Notes under the pieces: model-generated
The model's database searches: none
Seen by the model: only the letters and a program-made list of their open reading frames with translations
Told to the model about the DNA's origin: nothing
Part shown: positions 47,506 through 55,718 of the stretch, in pieces
Position numbering within the stretch: position 1 is the first letter of the stretch
How the letters are laid out: every line of letters begins with the position of its first letter
Assembly (NCBI GenBank): GCA_041671125.1
Contig: JBAZCA010000006.1
Coordinates: 3,184-67,183, forward strand
Origin: Patescibacteria group bacterium
Lineage (GTDB): Bacteria > Patescibacteriota > Patescibacteriia > Patescibacteriales > JBAZCA01
Length of the DNA: 64,000 bases
Direction: 5' to 3'
Made by a program: the position numbers and the translations under genes

Positions 47506-47534
47506 TTGAAAAAGAAAAAATAATCGGCTATAAT
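47506..47534 (+). promoter_or_regulatory. Consensus sigma70 promoter, copy 2
   Basis: TTGAAA, 17-nt spacer, TATAAT. Differs from copy 1 at a single position. Confidence 0.7.
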
Positions 47535-47544
47535 ATAGTTAGTC

Positions 47545-47615
47545 AAATAATAAAATCAAACCCCATTAAACCCGCCTGGCGGATATGTGTCGGGATAGAT
47601 ACAAAAACATGAAAG
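47545..47615 (+). promoter_or_regulatory. Conserved 71-nt leader, copy 2
   Basis: See copy 1. Contains the ATG at 47609. Confidence 0.6.
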
Positions 47616-47630
47616 CCGTCTCTCTCCCCA

Positions 47631-50600
47631 GTGGAATACTTGCTCCGCAAATTCCACGGGGTAAACTCTCTCTCTCTCTCTCTTAGTAAAGACGCATTGC
47701 AATGCGTCTCTACCCAAAATCTAAAATTTTCCAGATTTGTTTTTGTCTTCCTGTTATTTTTGGGAAGTTTTTTTGTTTTCGGAGCGGGGAAGGCGAGCGC
47801 GGTTTACCCCGTTGCCGGCTGGCGTAAATTTCTTCTGACTGGACTGTTATGCAGTTTTTTTATTTTTCTCGGCGGACTGGCTTTTGCCTCTCCGGCATAC
47901 GGGGCGACGTATTATGTTGATAAAACTTGTGTTACAAATGGGAATGGTAGCTATAAATCTGGCGGTGGTTGCGCTGATGTTGTCGGGGAAGAGGGTCCTT
48001 ATAATACTTTAACAAATACGCCAACTGGAAATATCTATTTATTCGCTGGAGGAAAAACGCATAATTATAATACAAATCTAAATTTTACAAACGCTAATAC
48101 AGAAATTGGTTCTTATGACTTGGCTACCGGATTGCGTTTAACTGATGGAAGTAATAAGGCTATTCTTAATTTTTCATCCGGTTATGGAGTAGCAACTGCT
48201 GTTTCTACTTCGGGAGGAAATGTTCTTTCAAATCTGGAGATAATAAGAGGCGACATAACCGGCACCGCAGTGAGTCATGGATATTGGGTTGGCTCATTTA
48301 CCATGAGTCACGTTGAGGTGAGTGGCGGATTGTATGGAGCAAACATAAGACCCAGTAGCGGTACACCTTCAGATGTGACAATAGAAGACTGCACCTTTGA
48401 AAATGCCGGAGGTATCCAGTCGGCATTACAGGTTAAAGGGTTGAATTCTACTACATTAGCAACAAATGTGACCATTCTAGATACTATTATTAGGGATAAT
48501 TCGAATGTAGGAGGAAATTTTGAGAATATTAATAACCTAACCATGGAAAGGGTTACTTCTACAGGCAATAAGGTTGGCTTGAGTTTTAAATATATCACTA
48601 ATTTTTCCATAACAGATAGTTCTGGAAATAATAATGGTGATGGAATCAATACTGGTAGTGGGATTAGATTTGATTCGGGATGTTCAAATGGTATTGTGCG
48701 GGGATGTGAGGCAAGTGAAAACTCAGAAGACGGATTCACTTTCGTGGATACGGTTCCATCAGTTGCTCCGCAAGGTATTGATCTTTATACGTGCAAGGCG
48801 CATCTAAATGGAGATTTGGATGATACGACCATTCCTTCTAACGCGGGGGATGGATTTACCGTGCACTCATCTGCTAATGACATAAATGCTTATTATAGTG
48901 ATTTTTCCCTTAACCATAATAGCGGTGCTGCAGTCGTTGGAACTTCCTCAGGGAGCCTTATAAATTGTGTTCTTTCGGGCAATGGGTATGATGATGGCGT
49001 TGAAGGTTTTAACGGACCTTACGAAAATCGAGGTGGACTAGCGATACAAAGCACTGATAATTGGACGGTAAAAAATAGCATTATATCAAAAAATTGGCCC
49101 AGAGAAATAAAATTAGATACCAACAGCAAGAGCCATTTTATTGGTTATAATAATAACTATTACAACACAGAAGGAGAAGACGAATCTTTTTCTTTAGATG
49201 GTGGAGCAACTTTTTCTGGAAGCTATTCAGCTTTTCTGGCCGGTCTAGTTATCCCGGCTTTAGATAATAGTAGCCTATATGTCGATGCTAAATTTATTTC
49301 CTCCTCTAACTTTAACTTGCAATCCACTTCCCCCGCCATCGACTCCGGCACCGATGTCTCCCTCACCACCGACTACGCCGGCAACCCGATCTATGGCACT
49401 CCCGACATTGGCGCCTATGAATACCAGCCGCCCTACACCATAGGAACAACCGCCGTCCCCCAAACCGGCTCGGTTCGGATTTACTCTAACGGCAAGTACC
49501 GGGCGCTCATTGCCTCTACTACCGCTGACACTATTACTCCGGCCAACTTCTCGGTCGTACCCGCCGGAGGCGGGTACTATACCGCCTCCACCTCGGCATT
49601 CATGGATTTAAACATTGATAATTGGGAAATGACCGGAAACAAGAATAAATCCTGGACAGCAACGTCCTCGGCCGACGGAGTCGGCCAAACTCACGCCACC
49701 AGCACAGTATTCACTATCGGCGATTTAACCCCGGATAGCTACTACACGTTCAAGATTGACGGTTCGGCCACCACTACCGCTATCACCGGTTACGGAACTA
49801 CGACCTGTTCCCCGAGCATCGGGGACAACACCAATATCGCCTGCCTCTCCGATTCCTCGGGCATTGTCCAATTCACCTACTCCGGCGGCTATTCCACTCA
49901 TACGTTTTCCCTGGAAAAGGACATAACCAGCCCGGCCGGGTTTACTGTCTCTTCGCCAGCCAATAATACGGTTAACTCCGACTCCCGCCCGGTTCTCTCC
50001 TGGAACGCCTCGTCTGACACAGAATCAGGAATAGCTAAATATAAACTCTACATAGATAATGCCCTGGACTCTGACAATATTTCTAATACTGCCACCTCCC
50101 AAACCCCGGGTCAGAACCTCGCCTGCGGTTCCCATAGCTGGTATGTCACAGCTGTGGACAATAACGGCAATACTACTAACTCCAACACGTTTAACTATAC
50201 CCGGGACTGTAATACGATTCCAATCTACTTGCTAAACAGCCAGAATAATAATAACAATACTGCCAATACCAATAATGACAATAATAGCGATACCAGTCCG
50301 GATGATGACGCGTCAGGAGATGATAGTGAGGGAAGTGATGTTAGTGATAATCAGGAGAACAAAACAGCAACCCAGCAAAACAGCGTAGAGACGCCCCGGC
50401 GGGGCGTCTCTACGCTGGAAAAGCTAATGTCCGAGGCCAGAGAGATAATCGCGATTAAAACCAATACCCTAAATAATTTCATCGCCAACGGCACGGACAC
50501 TACCAAAACCCTCGGCGCGGGCGAAAGAGCCGGAGTAACCGCCTCGTTTAAATCGGCCTTTGGCCGCAACCCGGCTACTGAAACCGACTGGCAGGACGTA

Positions 50601-50885
50601 ATTAAAATCGCCAACGGAAGATGGCCCGGCCAAAAGAACGAAAAAACCGAGGCTAACGCCTCGGCCGCTTTCAAAAAGATTTACCAAAGAGAACCGGACA
50701 AAACCAATCCGCATGACAATAACGCTATTGCCATAATCTCTTACGGCCTCCGGCCAGCCAGCCGTAACCTCAATTCAGAGAAAAAATCTATTCAATTCTT
50801 CAAAAACATCTACGGCTACGCGCCGAAATCGGCGATGGCCTGGGACATTGTGAGAGCGATTGCCTATTCCGGGGCGAAACGGTAG
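47631..50885 (+). CDS. Large secreted right-handed beta-helix (PbH1/pectate-lyase-fold) protein with Ig/FN3-like domains, Asn/Asp-rich linker and conserved C-terminal tri-repeat module
   Basis: Two signal-peptide-like hydrophobic segments. Repeated NxGxGI/beta-helix turns (SGNNNGDGINTGSGIRF, SENSEDGFTF, NAGDGFTVH). The start codon is uncertain (GTG 47631, TTG 47694, or ATG 47609 after a frame change). Confidence 0.7.
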   Translation: MEYLLRKFHGVNSLSLSLSKDALQCVSTQNLKFSRFVFVFLLFLGSFFVFGAGKASAVYPVAGWRKFLLTGLLCSFFIFLGGLAFASPAYGATYYVDKTCVTNGNGSYKSGGGCADVVGEEGPYNTLTNTPTGNIYLFAGGKTHNYNTNLNFTNANTEIGSYDLATGLRLTDGSNKAILNFSSGYGVATAVSTSGGNVLSNLEIIRGDITGTAVSHGYWVGSFTMSHVEVSGGLYGANIRPSSGTPSDVTIEDCTFENAGGIQSALQVKGLNSTTLATNVTILDTIIRDNSNVGGNFENINNLTMERVTSTGNKVGLSFKYITNFSITDSSGNNNGDGINTGSGIRFDSGCSNGIVRGCEASENSEDGFTFVDTVPSVAPQGIDLYTCKAHLNGDLDDTTIPSNAGDGFTVHSSANDINAYYSDFSLNHNSGAAVVGTSSGSLINCVLSGNGYDDGVEGFNGPYENRGGLAIQSTDNWTVKNSIISKNWPREIKLDTNSKSHFIGYNNNYYNTEGEDESFSLDGGATFSGSYSAFLAGLVIPALDNSSLYVDAKFISSSNFNLQSTSPAIDSGTDVSLTTDYAGNPIYGTPDIGAYEYQPPYTIGTTAVPQTGSVRIYSNGKYRALIASTTADTITPANFSVVPAGGGYYTASTSAFMDLNIDNWEMTGNKNKSWTATSSADGVGQTHATSTVFTIGDLTPDSYYTFKIDGSATTTAITGYGTTTCSPSIGDNTNIACLSDSSGIVQFTYSGGYSTHTFSLEKDITSPAGFTVSSPANNTVNSDSRPVLSWNASSDTESGIAKYKLYIDNALDSDNISNTATSQTPGQNLACGSHSWYVTAVDNNGNTTNSNTFNYTRDCNTIPIYLLNSQNNNNNTANTNNDNNSDTSPDDDASGDDSEGSDVSDNQENKTATQQNSVETPRRGVSTLEKLMSEAREIIAIKTNTLNNFIANGTDTTKTLGAGERAGVTASFKSAFGRNPATETDWQDVIKIANGRWPGQKNEKTEANASAAFKKIYQREPDKTNPHDNNAIAIISYGLRPASRNLNSEKKSIQFFKNIYGYAPKSAMAWDIVRAIAYSGAKR
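47666..47683 (+). repeat. (CT)9 dinucleotide tract
   Basis: ctctctctctctctctct read directly. Lies between ATG 47609 and the body of the 1084-codon ORF. Confidence 0.95.
47686..47713. repeat. Family-D palindrome at the 5' end of the surface-protein ORF
   Basis: gtaaagacgcattgcaatgcgtctctac: 14-nt arms with one mismatch around a perfect 20-nt core. Confidence 0.75.
50382..50416. repeat. Family-D perfect palindrome embedded in-frame in coding sequence
   Basis: agcgtagagacgcccc-ggc-ggggcgtctctacgct (16-bp arms), translated as SVETPRRGVSTL. The core matches the terminator palindrome at 28351-28379 except for one base per arm. Confidence 0.9.
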
Positions 50886-50969
50886 CCTGTTCGCGCAAAA
50901 AATATAAAAGGCCCATGTTATCAATGTTGAGTCTTTTTTTAATTTATTGGCGCTAACAGATCCAAAATT

Positions 50970-51851
50970 TTAACAATTTATTAATTTTTCCAGTTTTTCT
51001 TTCACTCCTGCCGGAGTAAGTCCGACGCACTCGTCATGCTCTTCGGCTTTGCCGTATTTATTTAAGAATTCAACCGGTACGCCGATTGACTCCACCCGAA
51101 CCGCCTGGCCGGCCATGACTTCCATTACCTCTGGCAGAAGCGCTCCCCGGTAATAGGGTTCGCAAAGGAGGATTTTTTTGGAAGCGCAGTTTTCTTTTAA
51201 AGTCTCGGCGTCAAAAGGCGCGACCGTGGCGTAATAGAGGATGGTAACATCCATATCTCGCGCCCCTTCCAGCACCGGTTTTAAAGCCGGTCCAACGGCA
51301 ATAACCGTGGCCTTAGAACCGGTTTTTATGATGTGTGCTTTGCCGAATTTTACCGCGTAGCTCTCCGGATTACTTTTCTCGCTTAACCGGTAATAGGTCG
51401 GATGGCCGTCCGCGTAAGACTCCAAAAATAAATCATGGAATTCCTGAGCCGTGCCTGGCAAAACTATCTCCATGCCTGGAATATGTTTTAAAATGCCGAC
51501 GTCGGCCGGGCAATGGTGGGTGCATCCTAAGGCGGCGTAATCGTAGGAGCCGCCGATGGAAATAAAATTGCCGCCAAGGCGCTGATAGCCGAAATCCAGT
51601 TTCAACTGCTCATAAGTTCGTTCTATGAGAAATGGGGCAATAGTGTGAAAAATCGGAGTAAAGCCGGTCATGGCTAGTCCGGCGGCGAGTCCTACTGTCG
51701 CCTGCTCAAGGATGCCGATGTTATAGGCGCGGTCAGGGTATTTTTTTATGGCTGAAACAAAACCCTTGACGCTTATGTCTCCGAGCAAAAGGATGGTTTT
51801 TTCGTCTTTTTCCAGGACGTCGGTGATTGTGGTGAAAAATTGTTTACGCAT
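50970..51851 (-). CDS. Transketolase, C-terminal (pyrimidine-binding) subunit
   Basis: 293 aa. GILEQATVGLAAGLAMTG, IGGSYDYAALGCTHH. Confidence 0.88.
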   Translation of the reverse strand: MRKQFFTTITDVLEKDEKTILLLGDISVKGFVSAIKKYPDRAYNIGILEQATVGLAAGLAMTGFTPIFHTIAPFLIERTYEQLKLDFGYQRLGGNFISIGGSYDYAALGCTHHCPADVGILKHIPGMEIVLPGTAQEFHDLFLESYADGHPTYYRLSEKSNPESYAVKFGKAHIIKTGSKATVIAVGPALKPVLEGARDMDVTILYYATVAPFDAETLKENCASKKILLCEPYYRGALLPEVMEVMAGQAVRVESIGVPVEFLNKYGKAEEHDECVGLTPAGVKEKLEKLINC

Positions 51852-51866
51852 ATAGAATTATTTTTA

Positions 51867-51975
51867 ATTACGAAGCAGACTCCCTCCCCTTACGAAGGGG
51901 AGGGATGGGGAGGGGTTTACCTGAGATTATACTACCCCCTCCTGGCCTCCCCCTTCACAAGGGGGAGGGAATGGG
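51867..51975. repeat. Family-B double-hairpin repeat, inverted copy
   Basis: Its reverse complement aligns with 25397-25507, including an identical 38-nt core cccctccccatccctccccttcgtaaggggagggagtc. Sits between the two transketolase subunit genes. Confidence 0.8.
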
Positions 51976-51982
51976 TATTTTG

Positions 51983-52762
51983 TTAACCGTCCAGCTCCTT
52001 TAAAAATTCGTCCAGCTCTTCCTCGCTTGGGCGTTTGTGGTGCCAGGTAAGCATATCAGCCTCTATGGTTTTAATGCCTTTGCCTTTAACAGTGTTGGCA
52101 ATTATGGCTTTGGGTTTGCCATCGCTGTCTTTCATAAAAGCCTCGTAAAGCGCCTCCTGGTCATGGCCGGCAACTTCAAAGCTCTCCCAGCCGAAAGATT
52201 TGAATTTTTCCGTGAAATCATGGACTTCTATGGCCGGGTCGGTTGAATGGTTGTAATCCACGATGCAGGTCAGGTTGTTTAACTTGTGATGCCCGGCCAG
52301 TAGCGCCGCTTCCCAGATAGTGCCTTCGTTTGATTCGCCGTCGCCGATGATGGTATAGGTTTTAACGGCGGATTTTTTAATTTTTTCGCCGAGCGCCACT
52401 CCGACCGCGATTGGCATGCCGTGACCGAGCGAGCCGGTTGAAGCTTCCACGCCCGGCACTTTATTCCTGTCCGGGTGGCCGCCTAAAGGAGAGTCGTAAG
52501 CGGCGAAATTATCAAATTCGGAAAAAGGAAAAAAGCCGGCGTTCGCCAGTATCGCGAAAAGTCCGATTGAGGCATGACCCTTACTTAAAATAAAGCGGTC
52601 GCGATCCGGGTCGGTCGGATTTTTCGGGTCAATTTTTAACACCCGGTCGTATAAAACCCAAAGGATGTCTAAAATGGAAAAGGCGCTCGGGATATGGCCT
52701 TCTTTTTTTTCATAAACAGTTTTCAGGATTCTTTTTTTAAGTTCGCTGATTGGTTCTTGCAT
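51983..52762 (-). CDS. Transketolase, N-terminal (TPP-binding) subunit
   Basis: 259 aa. SKGHASIGLFA, GSLGHGMPIAVG, GDGESNEGTIWEA. Confidence 0.88.
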   Translation of the reverse strand: MQEPISELKKRILKTVYEKKEGHIPSAFSILDILWVLYDRVLKIDPKNPTDPDRDRFILSKGHASIGLFAILANAGFFPFSEFDNFAAYDSPLGGHPDRNKVPGVEASTGSLGHGMPIAVGVALGEKIKKSAVKTYTIIGDGESNEGTIWEAALLAGHHKLNNLTCIVDYNHSTDPAIEVHDFTEKFKSFGWESFEVAGHDQEALYEAFMKDSDGKPKAIIANTVKGKGIKTIEADMLTWHHKRPSEEELDEFLKELDG

Positions 52763-52774
52763 AGTTCTTTTTAT

Positions 52775-53206
52775 TCATCCTATTTTTTTAATCCGCCTTG
52801 CGTGCCGTTCTCCGCCTTCGTGTTTAGTTTTTATCCAGGCGACGGTTATTTTTTTGGCCATGTCTATGGTGGTCGTCCTGGCGCCAAGGCAAAGAATATT
52901 GGCGTCGTTATGCTCCCGGCTTAATTTAGCCGTAAGTACATTATAGCATAAGGCCGCCCGGATGCCTTTTATTTTATTAGCCGTCATGCACATGCCAATG
53001 CCGGTGCCGCAAATTAAAATACCTTTAGACTTAGTGTCGTTTTGGACGGCTTTGGCGATTTTTTTGGCGTAATCCGGGTAATCAACCGAAGTGTCATTTT
53101 TTGTACCCAAATCATACACCGCGTATTTGTTTCTTTCAAGCAGTTCTTTTAGAGTTTTTTTCATTTCCACTCCGGCGTGGTCTGAGGCTAAATAAATGTT
53201 ATTCAT
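52775..53206 (-). CDS. rpiB: Ribose-5-phosphate isomerase B
   Basis: 143 aa. ASDHAGVEMK, ILICGTGIGMCMTANK, SREHNDANILCLGAR. Confidence 0.92.
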   Translation of the reverse strand: MNNIYLASDHAGVEMKKTLKELLERNKYAVYDLGTKNDTSVDYPDYAKKIAKAVQNDTKSKGILICGTGIGMCMTANKIKGIRAALCYNVLTAKLSREHNDANILCLGARTTTIDMAKKITVAWIKTKHEGGERHARRIKKIG

Positions 53207-53217
53207 CTGATATGATT

Positions 53218-54564
53218 TTATCTCTTACCGTTTAAAGACGCGGCTAATTTTTTTACGTCCAGAAGATCGTCAATGATTTTTTTATCCACGCCTTCATTCT
53301 CAAGCGCCTCGCGGATTGAAAGGTTGGGAGCGGCGTTTATTTTTTTTATGATCTGCGCCACTTTATCGTAGCCTAAAACCGGTGTCAGGGAAGTGAGCAG
53401 AGTGGTATTTTTTAGAGCGTAGCCTTCGCAGGTTTTAACGTTGGCTTTAATGCCTAAAATACAATCATTGGCCAGGATTTTTATGCCTTTGGCAAAAAAG
53501 CGGAGCGATTCAATTAAGTTATGGGCGAGGACTGACATAAAAACATTTAATTCCAGCTGTCCGTGTTCAACGACCATGGTTACGGCGAGGTCGTTGCCGT
53601 AAACGTGAAAGGCGATCTGGTTAATAAGCTCGGGAATAACCGGATTGACTTTGCCCGGCATTATAGTTGATCCTTTCTGCATCTCCGGCAGTTTTATTTC
53701 ATGGAAACCGCAGGTCGGGCCTGAGGCGAGAAGTCTTAAATCATTGGCGTTTTTTGTTATAGCCGCTAAGGTAGTTTTTATTCCGGCTGAGATATCGGAG
53801 AAGGAATCAACGTTCTGAGTGGCGTCTACGAGATCCTCGGCCGAGCGGACCGGCAAACCGGTATTCTTTTTTAAATATTTTATAACCAGCTTATTATATT
53901 CTTTTCCCGCGTTAACTCCTGTGCCGATGGCGGTGCCGCCGATAGAGAGATCAAGCATGCCCTGGCGAACCCGGTTTAAGCGGGCAATTCCGCGCCGAGC
54001 CACCATTTTATAGGCGTTAAATTCCATGCCCAAAGTCATAGGCACGGCGTCCTGGAGATGCGTCCGGCCGGTTTTTATCACGCCGGAAAATTCCTTAGCC
54101 TTTTTATCCAGGGCTTTTTCAAGAATTTTCAGCGACGTTATGCAATCTTCCATCAATTCATAAATAGTCATTTTCAGGGCGGTAGGCAGGACGTCGTTAG
54201 TGGATTGGGAAAGGTTGACGTGGTTTAAATAATGGATTTTGGTTTTGTCGCCCCCGATTTCTTCCGCCAAAGAGGCAATGACTTCATTGACGTTCATATT
54301 AATACTCGTTCCGGCGCCGCCCTGAATCGCCGGAGTGACGAATTGGTCGTCGTAAGCGCCGGTTTCCAGTTTTAAAATAGCCTTGTCAATCAGACGGTAT
54401 TCTTTTTCGCCGATTTTTCCCAGTTCAAAATTAGCCTGGTTAGCGGCTTTCTTTACCGCGATGATTTTTTTCACCCAGTAAAGCGAGGCTTTCTGCCGCG
54501 AAACCGCGAAATTTTTTAAAGCCAGTTCGGTCTGCTCGCCGTAGTACTTTTTTTGGTTTGGCAT
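53218..54564 (-). CDS. Aspartate ammonia-lyase / class II fumarase family lyase
   Basis: Fumarate-lyase signature GSTIMPGKVNP, plus TNDVLPTA and TGRTHLQDAVPMTLG. The AspA versus FumC assignment is not resolved. Confidence 0.8.
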   Translation of the reverse strand: MPNQKKYYGEQTELALKNFAVSRQKASLYWVKKIIAVKKAANQANFELGKIGEKEYRLIDKAILKLETGAYDDQFVTPAIQGGAGTSINMNVNEVIASLAEEIGGDKTKIHYLNHVNLSQSTNDVLPTALKMTIYELMEDCITSLKILEKALDKKAKEFSGVIKTGRTHLQDAVPMTLGMEFNAYKMVARRGIARLNRVRQGMLDLSIGGTAIGTGVNAGKEYNKLVIKYLKKNTGLPVRSAEDLVDATQNVDSFSDISAGIKTTLAAITKNANDLRLLASGPTCGFHEIKLPEMQKGSTIMPGKVNPVIPELINQIAFHVYGNDLAVTMVVEHGQLELNVFMSVLAHNLIESLRFFAKGIKILANDCILGIKANVKTCEGYALKNTTLLTSLTPVLGYDKVAQIIKKINAAPNLSIREALENEGVDKKIIDDLLDVKKLAASLNGKR

Positions 54565-54603
54565 AGATGATATTTATGAATTTATTTAAAATTAGCCTAT
54601 TTT

Positions 54604-54778
54604 GTCATCCTGAGGCCGGTTAGGCCGAAGGATCTGCGGACAAGTTTTTCATTCTTATGTGTCTATTCCGCATACATGGATTTTCCTTATCTATAGACAA
54701 GACCGATCCATGAATTGACCGCTTTCTGATAATTATATTCCTAGATCCTTCGCTTCGTTTCACTCCGCTCAGGATGAC
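54604..54778. repeat. Family-A palindromic MITE-like element
   Basis: gtcatcctgaggccggttaggccgaaggatctg ... ctagatccttcgcttcgtttcactccgctcaggatgac. Confidence 0.8.
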
Positions 54779-54796
54779 AGAAAAGCAAGAAAACGC

Positions 54797-55717
54797 TTAT
54801 TTCCCTGTCAGCGCTTTATGTAAAAGCGCCATGCGGACGTAAAGGCCGTTATGGGCCTGCCTAAAATAGGCGGCGCGGGAATCGGCGTCCACGGCCGGAT
54901 CAATCTCGTAAATCCGGGGCATGACATGTAAAATTATGGATTTGACTTTCATTCGGTTGACCTGTTCCATGCCGATGTGCAAAGTTTGCTTTAGCCGCTC
55001 GTATTCAGCCGGGTCGGAAAACCGTTCCTTAAAAACCCGGGTGACGTAAAGGACATCAAGCTTTTCAATCACCTTATCAAGGTTTTCCAGCTCTTCGTAT
55101 TTAATGCCTTCCCGCGAAAGAATATCTTTGTATTCGTTCGGCAGGCGCAGTTCCGGAGGCGAAATGAAAAAGAGTTCTACTTTTTTAAAAAGCGGGAAAA
55201 GCGGGATGAGCGAATGAATATTTCTTTGATAGCGGAAATCGGCTAAAAAAGCGATTTTTAAACCGTCAATTTTTCCGAGCTCCTTTTCAATCGTGTACAA
55301 ATCGTATAGCGCCTGGGTTGGGTGTTCGTTAAATCCGTCGCCGCCGTTAATAATCGGGACGGATGAAACCTTAGCGGCGGTTTCAGCCGCGCCGTTTTCC
55401 GGATGGCGGAGAACGATAGCGTCGGAAAAGCCGGAAACCACTTTTATCGTGTCAGTAAGGCTTTCGCCCTTAGAGGCCGACGAGGCGGCGGCGTTGGCTA
55501 CGGAAAGGACGTTGGCGCCTAATTTATAGGCGGCCGATTCAAAAGACAGGCGGGTGCGGGTAGAAGATTCGTAAAAAAGCGTGGCGACGATTTTTCCGGC
55601 GCAGTCTTTTTTAATATTTCCTTGCTCGTCCTGTTTTTGCAGTTTGGCGGCTTTGTTAAAAATTTCTTTTAAGGTTTTTTTATCGGCGAATTGTTGGCCG
55701 GTTAATACATTGAACAT
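54797..55717 (-). CDS. pyrB: Aspartate carbamoyltransferase catalytic subunit
   Basis: FYESSTRTRLSFE, HPTQAL, HVMPR. Confidence 0.93.
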   Translation of the reverse strand: MFNVLTGQQFADKKTLKEIFNKAAKLQKQDEQGNIKKDCAGKIVATLFYESSTRTRLSFESAAYKLGANVLSVANAAASSASKGESLTDTIKVVSGFSDAIVLRHPENGAAETAAKVSSVPIINGGDGFNEHPTQALYDLYTIEKELGKIDGLKIAFLADFRYQRNIHSLIPLFPLFKKVELFFISPPELRLPNEYKDILSREGIKYEELENLDKVIEKLDVLYVTRVFKERFSDPAEYERLKQTLHIGMEQVNRMKVKSIILHVMPRIYEIDPAVDADSRAAYFRQAHNGLYVRMALLHKALTGK

Positions 55718-55718
55718 A

